Under the pieces are notes generated by a model that ran no database searches, was not told where the DNA came from, and was given only the letters and a program-made list of their open reading frames with translations. DNA of 17,965 nucleotides from Eledone cirrhosa (lineage: Eukaryota). The position numbers and the translations under genes are program-made. The stretch lies in contig CAXHJY010000156.1 in NCBI GenBank assembly GCA_964016885.1, forward strand, positions 1-17,965. The letters are read 5' to 3'. This document shows, piece after piece, positions 1 to 12,200 of the stretch (the first letter of the stretch is position 1; each line of letters starts with the position of its first letter).

Positions 1-46
1 TTTTTGTGAAAAAACATAATTTTATAAGGTAAGGAAATAATAAAGG

Positions 47-73
47 GTATGTGAATGTTTATTGTATGTGAAT

Positions 74-117
<44 letters not shown>

Positions 118-144
118 ATTCACATACAATAAACATTCACATAC
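47..144. repeat. Perfect 98-bp palindrome centred on (TA)n
   Basis: 47-78 GTATGTGAATGTTTATTGTATGTGAATGTTTA is the exact reverse complement of 113-144; the spacer is self-complementary (TA)n; each arm holds about 2 copies of a 17-bp unit. Confidence 0.95.
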
Positions 145-221
145 ATGTGTGCGAGTTTTTATGTGTAAATAAATATATTCACATAATATATATATTTGCG
201 TGTATTAATAATATTTATTTT

Positions 222-617
<396 letters not shown>

Positions 618-640
618 TATATATATATATATATATATAT

Positions 641-684
<44 letters not shown>

Positions 685-911
685 TAGTATGCTATATTAA
701 ATACACTGTAGCCGTATCAATCAGCAAGTCCGTATCTATTTCATGTGAAGTGTGAAGAAAGGATGCAACCAGTTAAAGAGCGACATTCCATATAGAAGTA
801 CAAGGCCAATCGAATCCAGTTTCATTCACAGACCGGGTGATTGATCGAAGATTGGTGATAATGTTTCATCGAACAAAAGTCGATATACGATACAGCACAG
901 ACTTACTTACT

Positions 912-951
<40 letters not shown>

Positions 952-996
952 ATATATTATATATATATTATATATATTATATATATATATATATAT

Positions 997-1076
997 AACG
1001 AAGGAAATGTGGTAAGGAACCAGGTGGACCATAACGCACCAAGGTAGTCAATACTTAGGGTAGTAGAGTGGGTAAT
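997..1076 (+). mobile_element. Unclassified TA-embedded element, copy C (lacks the terminal palindrome)
   Basis: AACGAAGGAAATGTGGTAAGGAACCAGGTGGACCATAACGCACC...GAGTGGGTAAT matches 5225-5304 and the reverse complement of 5635-5714; (TA)n on both sides. Confidence 0.85.
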
Positions 1077-1960
<884 letters not shown>

Positions 1961-2159
1961 TATGCACACAGAAACATTCACTGAAAAGAAATCATGAAAT
2001 TTAATCGTGTATATTATATCACCCTGCACTGCTAAAACATATAACTCCTTCCTAGTTTCAAATACCATGTAATATATTTAACACAACAATTTATGCACAT
2101 AATCCTCCATATTCATACACACACATGCTCACTCATATATACATACATCATACATACAT

Positions 2160-2560
<401 letters not shown>

Positions 2561-2759
2561 GATACAATTCAGTCTTCCACAGAGTTGGGCACGACTGTAA
2601 TGTATTATGTCATAAACCTTCTCGCTATTAGAACTAACGTGAGGCTAAACAACATCAAAATAATGTCAATATATCTACTGACTAAACAAGTGTAGTGGAT
2701 TGACAGAATAGATTGGACTTCGGATAAAAGGACATTGCAATATTTGTTGGGGCTTTAAT

Positions 2760-2979
2760 AGAGCGGTGGATTGGCAGTATCGGTAGAGGGTCGGACGCCA
2801 TGCTTTGACGCATAGAGTTACGACCCTTTATGATCTAAGTTCAAATCCCGCCTAAGTTAACTTTGCCTTTATCCTTACGAGGTCAATAAAATAAAGTACC
2901 AGTCACGCACTGGGGGTCAATTTAATCGACTTTCCTCTCCCCCAAAATTGCTGGCCTTGTGCCTATATAAGAAACCAAT
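2760..2979 (+). mobile_element. tRNA-derived SINE, long subfamily, with TSD
   Basis: Same head and core as 429-617 plus an extra ~30-nt segment GGTCAATTTAATCGACTTTCCTCTCCCCCAA; direct repeat CAATATTTGTTGGG at 2738-2751 and 2976-2989. Confidence 0.92.
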
Positions 2980-3058
2980 ATTTGTTGGGACTTGTTACAT
3001 TCTGAGATCAGATCTCACCAATCCGTGATCGATAAAATAAAGTAGCATTCAAGTACAG

Positions 3059-3247
3059 TAGTGGCTCCCAAAGTGGCTTCTGCAGAACCCAAGGGTTCTA
3101 CAAGGGAGTGTCTAGGGTTTTGTGAAAAAATGTAGAGGAGTATATATACATATTACGACAATATAACAGTATTAGGCTTTTGGGGTTCCTCCAAAAGTTT
3201 CTGAACCAAAAAAGGGTTCCGCGTTTGAAGAAGTTTGGGAAACCCTT
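3059..3247. mobile_element. hAT (Charlie-like) MITE, 189 bp
   Basis: Ends TAGTGGCTCCCAAAGT and AGTTTGGGAAACCCTT resemble the hAT TIR consensus CAGTGGTTCCCAAA; 8-bp TSD AAGTACAG (3051-3058) / AAGTACAT (3248-3255); subterminal GAACCC/GGGTTC motifs. Confidence 0.8.
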
Positions 3248-3320
3248 AAGTACATGGTTTGATTAAAAAAACTTTGCCACTCCCCAAAATTTGTTGGTCT
3301 TGTTCGTTAAGTAGAACTCA

Positions 3321-3474
3321 TTATCCTGTGGCTCAAATCAGCCCTTGTGGCTAATAAATGAAATCTTTATGTTGTGGCTCAAATCAACCCTTGTAGCTAA
3401 TAAATGAAACCATTATGTTGTGGCTCAAATCAACCCTTGTAGCTAATACATGAAACCCTTATCTTGTGGTTCAA
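3321..3474 (+). repeat. 46-bp minisatellite, about 3.3 copies
   Basis: Unit TTATGTTGTGGCTCAAATCAACCCTTGTAGCTAATAAATGAAACCA starts at 3321, 3367, 3413 and 3459. Confidence 0.95.
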
Positions 3475-3624
3475 TAAATCGACTTCTATATCTGCCTACC
3501 AAAAACATATATTTCTTAAGCTTGTGGCAGAACTATAAATGTTTTTTATTAATAAATTTGAATTGGTAGAGCATCGGATTGATGAGACACTCTCAGGAGA
3601 AAATGCGTTAACTTGGAACAAGCG

Positions 3625-3830
3625 GGTGACTTATTGACCAACTAGAAATAGCAGTCAAATGATCCTTAAATTACACGCTATCTTCTTAAGAAGAGGGAAA
3701 CATATATTGGATAACGTAGAAGTTGGATATATAAAACGACCCGATGGCCACAACTGAAAGTCCTTTGAATACAGCATTACTGGATCGGAGCCGACCTTAG
3801 TAGAAATAACCACAGCAACAATAACAATAG
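3625..3830 (+). mobile_element. 3' half of a second, older retroposon family with a (CAA)n-like tail
   Basis: TTGACCAACTAGAAATAGCAG...GATCGGAGCCGACCT...CAGCAACAATAACAA; an inverted fragment of the same tail at ~3851-3886 and a likely one at ~2630-2656; resembles an octopod interspersed repeat (from memory). Confidence 0.55.
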
Positions 3831-4460
3831 CTAAATGTCCCTCAAACCAATGTTGTTGCTGTTTGGCCATAGGTCAGTCATGATCATATAGATATATCAA
3901 TAGAATACATTCTAGCTGCAATAATCTCTTCTTTCTCCTCCGCGAAAGTGAACCCAATACCGCAGTGTCTAATTTGTCATTTTTCTGAGATAATAGGTCT
4001 TCTCTGTGTGTATATGGGTGTGTATAAGTGTGTGTGTGTGTATATATATATGTACGTGTGTGTGTGTGTGCGTGTGTATACATGTGTGTGTGTGTGTATG
4101 TTCATTTTGAGGTAGATGTAGTTCTTATTTCTTTGTAGGTCCAATGACCACCTACAGTCTGCCCCCGACATCCCAACTTCGTTGTTCCGATCCGGGAAAG
4201 TTGAACATTAAAAGGTGATGTAGCTACAACTACTGGTTGACCTCACAACGTAAAGGGACATAACTAATTATCGTAAGTGATTTAATCCGACACTTCAATG
4301 ATTTAGTCATCCATCTTATTTCTCTATCTCCGAACTAAATGTCATAAATAATAACTCTATATGCTTATTCTGAGGAAAATCTAATCTAACACTTCCTCGT
4401 TGTTCTTTGTAAAGACGGTGTTTCTAGAGGCTTAATCTAAAGACGATTGTTCTAATAATA

Positions 4461-4643
4461 ATTGTTTCTACTTTTGGCACAAGGCCAGCAATTACCCAGT
4501 ACATTACTGGTACTTTATTTTATCGACCCCGTAAGGATGAAAGGCAAAGTTAACCTCGGCGGGATTTGAACTCAGACCGTAAAGGGACGTAACTATACTG
4601 AAAGCATGGCGTCCGACTCTCTACCAATACTGCCAATCCAGCG
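4461..4643 (-). mobile_element. tRNA-derived SINE, near full length, with TSD
   Basis: Reverse complement of the 429-617 family; direct repeat CGATTGTTCTAATAATAAT at 4444-4462 and 4642-4660, followed by (TAA)n to ~4690. Confidence 0.93.
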
Positions 4644-4650
4644 ATTGTTC

Positions 4651-4691
<41 letters not shown>

Positions 4692-5015
4692 TATATATAT
4701 ATATATATACGTGTCCATACACACACACTGATACATGTATACATACATATATATATATATAAGTGGTTACACAACAGTTAGTTAGTTCACCATACCGAGA
4801 ACAATTGTTTCACCTTAGCGGATCTGAGGATATATTCTCATAATGAGAATTTGCTTCGAAATCACTAGACGTATCTGAGGAACTTGCAAATCCAGAGTCA
4901 GGTTCAATCCACAAACAGATCACACCTCGAGCTGTTCGCCGGAGAAACAATTGGAATACGTAAAAAATTGTGTTCCGATGCATCAATGATTTCTTCGTTT
5001 TCCATATATATATAT

Positions 5016-5207
5016 GGAACGGTGGATTGGCAGTATCGGTAGAGGGTCGGACGCCATGCTTTGACGCATAGAGTCACGGCCCTTTCCATTCTGAGTTCAA
5101 ATCCCGCCGAGGTTAACTTTGCCTTTCATCCTTACTGGGTCGATAAAATAAAGTACCAGTAATGTACTGGGTAATTGCTGGCCTTGTGCCAATAGTAGAA
5201 ACAATTA
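5016..5207 (+). mobile_element. tRNA-derived SINE, full length
   Basis: A-box, B-box, core and tail as in 429-617; short (TA)n on both sides. Confidence 0.93.
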
Positions 5208-5224
5208 TATATATATATATATAT

Positions 5225-5397
5225 AAGGAAGGAAGTGTGGTAAGGAACCAGGTGGACCATAACGCCCTAGAGTACTTGATACAATGGGTAGTAGAGTGGG
5301 TAATAGGAAAAAAGTCAGGACTCCGACAGCTATCTCGCAGTTCAGAGATAGCTGTCGAAACGGCCGGAGCTCAGCCGTCGGGATCCTGACTCTTTCC
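5225..5397 (+). mobile_element. Unclassified TA-embedded hairpin element, copy A
   Basis: 80-bp leader as at 997; perfect 13-bp stem CGACAGCTATCTC/GAGATAGCTGTCG (5324-5357); outer arms GGAAAAAAGTCAGGA / TCCTGACTCTTTCC. Confidence 0.85.
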
Positions 5398-5438
5398 ATA
5401 TACTGTACCGATTGTCTTGTTATTTCTGTTTACCTTTT

Positions 5439-5520
<82 letters not shown>

Positions 5521-5525
<5 letters not shown>

Positions 5526-5714
5526 AACGAGTAGGACCCCGACGGCTGATCTCAAGCCGTTTCGACGGCTAATTCTGTCCAGAATTAGCCGTCGAAACGG
5601 CTTGAGCTCAGCCGTCGGAGTCCTACTCGTTCCTATTACCCACTCTACTACCCTAAGTATTGAGTACTTTGGTGCGTTATGGTCCACCTGGTTCCTTACC
5701 ACAATTCCTTCGTT
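5521..5714 (-). mobile_element. Unclassified TA-embedded hairpin element, copy B (complete)
   Basis: Leader (reverse complement of 5637-5714) plus a 116-bp palindrome at 5521-5636 with 57-bp arms, 55/57 matches and a 2-nt centre; (TA)n on both sides. Confidence 0.9.
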
Positions 5715-5718
5715 ATAC

Positions 5719-5800
<82 letters not shown>

Positions 5801-6011
5801 CTAAAAGTGCACACCGTACGTAATTCAGACAAGAAGAGGCAGCAATTAACACCATGTCCATGCCAACAGTATTTTCACTTGCACACCTACTTGAATGTTT
5901 AATCAGCCAATCTTTATTTTAGTAGTTAAGTAATTCACAAATTATTCAAAGGTCAATTAATGATATTTCACGTTTAACTATCTCTCTCTCGGCAGAGTTG
6001 AAAGGATTTGG

Positions 6012-6101
6012 TGAGGAGGAGAGGAGGAGGGGGGGGGGGGCATCATGATCATCATCATCATGATCATCATCAGCATCATGATCATCATCATTTTCATCAT
6101 C
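6012..6101. repeat. (GAG)n, poly-G and degenerate (CAT)n low-complexity tract
   Basis: GAGGAGGAGAGGAGGAG, a G run, then CATCATGATCATCATCAT repeats. Confidence 0.9.
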
Positions 6102-6110
6102 CTTATAGTA

Positions 6111-6177
6111 AATAATTGTTTCTACCTTTGGCACAAGGCCAGCAATTACCCCAGTGCCAAAAGTTGAAATAGTTATT
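6111..6177. mobile_element. Two SINE 3' tails fused in inverted orientation
   Basis: 6111-6151 is a minus-strand SINE tail; 6154-6177 GTGCCAAAAGTTGAAATAGTTATT is a plus-strand tail; arms match at 20/24 positions. Confidence 0.75.
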
Positions 6178-6192
6178 GCCTGTTAATTTCAT

Positions 6193-6253
6193 GAGCAGGC
6201 TATCCGTTGATCTGATCAAATGGAACACTCATCGTCGTAACCAACGGAGTGCC
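6193..6253 (+). mobile_element. Possible 3' tail fragment of another retroposon
   Basis: GAGCAGGCTATCCGTTGATC...GGAACACTCATCGTCGTAACCAACGGAGTGCC resembles an octopod repeat tail from memory; single copy here. Confidence 0.35.
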
Positions 6254-7044
6254 TTCCTTCCCTCCTATTCCATGCCTGTATAAATATATCTTTGGGTGTG
6301 TATTCGCTTATCAGTTTTTTTTCGTTACGTGTATGATATATACAATATACAAAATATGCACATTTGGAATGCAATATGTCTTGAATGTATGATATAAATG
6401 TGTATTAAATGTAGATATTATGTATGCATGTTTGTATACTTGCAATTTTTGTCTGTATCTATGTTAATTAAGTATGTATATAAATATGGATGTACAAGAA
6501 CATTTATTACTTACATATGGTATGCTATCATTGAATAATCTATATTTGAAGAAAACATCTAGAGTCTCTATTACACAGTGGAAAGTATGTATGTGAAGAC
6601 GGTAATGAGTGTGTGTGTGTGTGTATGTATGTACCTGTGTATTTAAAATCTTCATGCGCTTTCTATCTTCTAGATAAGTCAATTTTATGTTGTTTGTTGA
6701 TAACGTTCTGATTGCGGTTACATTCACATTTTATTGCAGGTGAGAAGAACCATGGGAGAGATGCTGTGACTATCTCTGATTTATTAACTCCGGACGTACA
6801 ACTACAACGCATTCTCTTCGACTGACAATACATCTGTAACAAAGCGTTATTACAATATGCCTTGTCGAGGGATCTTTACTCCCAACCGATACAGAGAGCC
6901 ACCACCGTAACATATGGCGTATCTTTGGTAGGTCATTTACACCTGACGAAATTACTCCCTCTTTCAAAATTTGGCTACAGTTGAATTCTTTTTTACAGAT
7001 AGAAAAAGAGACAAATTGAAAGAAAAGAAGTCTCTGTCCTAGAA

Positions 7045-7355
7045 CTAGACAACATACTGCAATACCCTAGGGTTCAAGGGAGCCCAGATTTTTAATAAGA
7101 TGTTAAAATCATCTAATGGATCTACATGGTGTGCTTGTAGATGCTTTCAAGAGATATCTTGACATTCTACTGACCAAGATCCCGGAAGAATCCACAGCAC
7201 GAGGCGAAGTACAAATAAGAGCAACAGCAACAAACTCCCTTTTGCATCAATGGCCAACCAGGGAAGGCTGGCTATAAGAAGGGTAGCATCTGTGGCGGTG
7301 CCCCACCATGATCTCAGTCCCTCGGCTGGAACGCAAATAAATAAACAATAAAAGA
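7045..7355 (+). mobile_element. 5'-truncated, frameshifted LINE 3' end (CR1/L2-group-like ORF2 C-terminus plus 3' UTR)
   Basis: 7052-7111 reads TYCNTLGFKGAQIFNKMLKS; after a +1 shift, 7113-7277 reads LMDLHGVLVDAFKRYLDILLTKIPEESTARGEVQIRATATNSLLHQWPTREGWL*. This fits the GP.LFN.LP..LR...FK..LD..L..IPD.P...NSL pattern after the RT domain. A-rich tail AAATAAATAAACAATAAAA follows. Confidence 0.8.
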
Positions 7356-7675
7356 TACAATAATTGATCGAGAAGGAGAAGTGCAAGCCCAATCGAAGAG
7401 TCATATCATATTTCCAATATAGGCAATCGTTTATCAGAACTTGATCCTCACTAACACTTTCTTTAATTTTCTAAACTTACTTTACAACGAAGCGCATCTC
7501 TAACTAAGGTTTAATAACTTTAGATTCGTGACCCTTTCCTAGACTGTATTAAGACTAATTTCCTGACTATAATAGTATGGGTCACATTCGATATGTTGTT
7601 TGTATACAATGGTAGTTGTCTCCCTCATAGTATCTCCCTTTAAACATGTATATCTCAGCAGCCATTATGTTGTTA

Positions 7676-7852
7676 TGGCAGTATTGGTAGAGAGTCGGAC
7701 ACCATGCTTTGACGTATAGAGTTACTGCCATTGCCATTCTGAGTTCAAATCCCGCCAAGGTTAACTTTGCCTTTCATCCTTACGGGGTCGATAAAATAAA
7801 GTACCAGTAATGTACTGGGTATTTGCTGGCCTTGTGCCTAAAGTAGAAACAG
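7676..7852 (+). mobile_element. tRNA-derived SINE, slightly 5'-truncated, with TSD
   Basis: Family match starting at the A-box; 11-bp TSD TTATGTTGTTA at 7665-7675 and 7853-7863. Confidence 0.93.
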
Positions 7853-8254
7853 TTATGTTGTTAAGTCTACCCAACATCTACTCTAACTACACATGATTCT
7901 GAACTAGATATATTCCGAATATTTCTCTATTCTTATTACTCCTACGATTTACAAGATGAAACGATAGATACCTTTCGAAAGAAATTTAGTTTAAATCAAA
8001 AAGCACAAACACACACATACACACACACACATATCAACATACACTCACACAGATATGTATAGATATATTTACATCTAATATGCATAAAGACACACCCCGG
8101 AATATGTGTAAATCAGCGGGCTGTCTTTAATGACTTACGCAGAAGTGAGTCGCATTCTTACTACCCCCCCCCCCCCCCCCCCCACACACACACACTCCAG
8201 CCCCGCAACCGATCTCTCACGCTCACCACTGTCTCTCATTTACATACACGCACA

Positions 8255-8860
<606 letters not shown>

Positions 8861-9143
8861 GTATCTATCCTCACAAGCAAACCCTAGCCTATACATATAT
8901 AGAATATCTCTGCTTCTACATACAAGTATAGAAAAGTCAGTCGTCAAATATACTTTTTATGATCTAGTTATGGCCTATGACCTTTTTTCAGGTTTGAAAT
9001 ATTGGTGCGTGGGAGGCAGAAGGGTGGGTGAAGGGAAAATATCCTTATAAAAGAGACCTGAACAGAACGCTTGTAGCAGAGTAGCTTCCAAACACAGAAC
9101 AGAAGACTTAGCTGGAAGAATACCGGTGTTTAAAATGTATGCC

Positions 9144-9745
<602 letters not shown>

Positions 9746-9956
9746 ATTCTCTCAGAGACACAATTATATCCACAGGGTATTGCAGAATAACAGACAATTT
9801 ACATCTATAAAAAACGACAATAGGTGACAACAAATATGGCCGACTATAACTTATTTTCTGACTACAAATATATGAACGTCTCAATATGGTAGTATGGCTA
9901 AACTATAAATATATAGACATTGGATATGTGTGATACTTAGAGATATAAATATCTCT

Positions 9957-10000
9957 GGATATATTATAGCTGGAAGTCGGATATATAATAGCTGGAAGTC
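9957..10000 (+). repeat. 22-bp tandem duplication
   Basis: GGATATATTATAGCTGGAAGTC followed by GGATATATAATAGCTGGAAGTC, one mismatch. Confidence 0.9.
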
Positions 10001-10040
10001 CTGGAATAAATCATAGAAATAAATATATATAACTGACAAG

Positions 10041-10042
<2 letters not shown>

Positions 10043-10130
<88 letters not shown>

Positions 10131-10333
10131 GGAGGTGAGTTTTATTGTAGTACAATAAAGCAATGCAGACATCGGATAAGAAGCACTCTACAGTTTGTAG
10201 GACTGGAGTATACATAATATATATATGTATGTATATATATGATGTGTGTATATGTATATATCTATACGTGATGGGTGTATATATATAAGTGTGTGTGCAT
10301 GTATATGTATATATATATATGTGTATGTGTACG

Positions 10334-10387
<54 letters not shown>

Positions 10388-10580
10388 CACACATATATAT
10401 GTATATATATATGATGATGATGATATATATACACATTTATATATACATATATACATACATATTTATATATACATACATATCAATATATATATACATATAT
10501 ATATATATATACACATATATACATAAATACATATATATATATATACATATATACATACATACATATATATATATACACAC

Positions 10581-10631
<51 letters not shown>

Positions 10632-10793
10632 CATCCATATATGTATATGTATGCAGTATCAGGATATATACAATGTGTACGAATGCATATATGTAATTTA
10701 TAAAAAAATAAAAATAAACACTAACGTATACGCAAATATATAATGATGTATATACGGAACGTGCATATGTATCTATATATGCATATATACATG

Positions 10794-10826
<33 letters not shown>

Positions 10827-10908
10827 ACATAGGTATGTATATATATATATTATATATTTATATATATATATATATATACATACACACACACACATATATA
10901 TATATGCA

Positions 10909-10944
<36 letters not shown>
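10043..10944. repeat. (TA)n/(TG)n/(CA)n microsatellite field
   Basis: Pure TA at 10043-10127, then mixed tracts from ~10215 to 10944. Confidence 0.9.
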
Positions 10945-10949
<5 letters not shown>

Positions 10950-11200
10950 ATACTTTGGGAGGGTCATGTTGCCAATAAGAAACATACGCACCAGTCGATT
11001 TCACTCCGATTTATTATAAATTAAATTTATAAATTTAAGAATTTATAAATTTCCGGTTGGCTGGTTGGTTCCACAACCGGACGGTTGTTCATATATTATC
11101 AAAGTTCTTTCGTCACACATTCTGTGACCTCTTCAGTGACTGGGGATTCTTTTCTTTGTTTTGTGCCTCTTCTTTGTTCTGTCCTACGCCATCTTGTTTT

Positions 11201-11201
<1 letters not shown>
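10945..11201 (-). mobile_element. Penelope pLTR-like or retrozyme-like ~255-bp module inserted in microsatellite
   Basis: Unique island bounded by (TA)n and (TG)n(TA)n; contains a hammerhead motif, a CCGGTTG/CAACCGG hairpin (11053-11080) and a minus-strand AATAAA (~11010-11015) downstream of the ribozyme. Confidence 0.6.
11098..11140 (-). ncRNA. Minimal type I hammerhead ribozyme, slightly degenerate
   Basis: Minus strand reads GUCA-CUGAAGA-G-GUCACA-gaaug-UGUGAC-GAAA-GAAC-UU-UGAU: both core boxes, a 6-bp stem II, a 4-bp stem I (GUCA/UGAU), a vestigial stem III and a UH site. Confidence 0.7.
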
Positions 11202-11261
<60 letters not shown>

Positions 11262-11626
11262 CACACTAACAATACTGATGTTGTTATTCATATATATATA
11301 TATAAAGGTATGTAAATATGTAAATAGGTGCATCTCACTTATTGCATTCTTACATGTGTGTGTGTGTCTGTTTCCCTGAGTGTGTCTGTGTACGTTATTC
11401 CATTAAGGTGCGTGTGAATGCTTTTCTTCTAAGATGTGTGTGTGTGCTTTTCTATTAATGTGTGTATGAGTGTGAGTGTTAGTGTATGTGTGTGTGTGTG
11501 TGAATTTGTAATTTGTATGTATGATATTTCGAGAGAGTCAAATATTTTCCTGTCATAACAACACCAGCCCGTAGCGAACACATGGAATAACAGATATATA
11601 TTAAGACTCTTTCTCGCTCTCTCTCA

Positions 11627-11659
<33 letters not shown>

Positions 11660-11829
11660 CACACACATATATACACACACACATGCACATGTACATGTAC
11701 ACACATATATATATACACATATATATACATATCACCCACTCTCTTGGCATTTTCATTGGTATATCTTTTCCACTTTTTCCACCTGCAGAATCATAACATG
11801 AAGTATGTTATAGATGAGAACATATTCCA

Positions 11830-12076
11830 TGAGGATGATGATGATGATGGAGATGGTCGTGGTGGTGATGATGATGGTGATGGTCGTGGTGGTGATGATG
11901 ATGGTGATGGTCGTGGTGGTGATGATGATGATGGTCGTGGTTGTGATGATGATGGTGGTGGTGGTGCTGATGATGATGATGGTGATGATGATGGTGGTGG
12001 TGATGATGATGGTGGTGGTGCTGATGGTGATGGTGGTGCTGATGATGGTGGTGATGATGATGGTGGTGCTGGTGCT

Positions 12077-12113
<37 letters not shown>

Positions 12114-12200
12114 ATGATGATGATGGTGATGATGATGATGGTGATGATGATGATGGTGGTGATGATGATGATGGTGATGATGATGATGATGGTGGTGATG
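11830..12200. repeat. (GAT/GGT/GCT)n trinucleotide low-complexity tract
   Basis: About 120 in-register GRT/GCT triplets, with repeated GATGGTCGTGGTGGTGATGATGATGGT units at the 5' end. Confidence 0.9.

Larger units (their letters stand above)
2689..3324 (+). mobile_element. Old, diverged SINE copy interrupted by two later insertions
   Basis: Head GTGGATTGACAGAAT (~2695); middle TTCTGAGATCAGATCTC...TCGATAAAATAAAGTAGCA (3000-3050); tail CTCCCCAAAATTTGTTGGTCTTGT...AAGTAGAACTCATTAT (3280-3324); collinear with the young copies once the inserts are removed. Confidence 0.7.

Noticed and set aside
4817-4880. Hammerhead-like CTGAGGA...ATTCTCA-taa-TGAGAAT...GAAA on the plus strand
   Set aside because: Stem II does not close next to the core boxes, and no stem III with a UH site can be formed.
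4802-4953. 10-bp inverted repeat CAATTGTTTC/GAAACAATTG as MITE ends
   Set aside because: It is too short, has no TSD and resembles the common SINE tail word, so it is probably chance.
5284-5823. ORFs with repeated RTPTA/RRNG peptides
   Set aside because: The peptide repeats come from the palindromic element, and the ORFs run through microsatellites.
6770-6967. 65-aa minus-strand ORF
   Set aside because: Non-ATG start and no recognisable domain.
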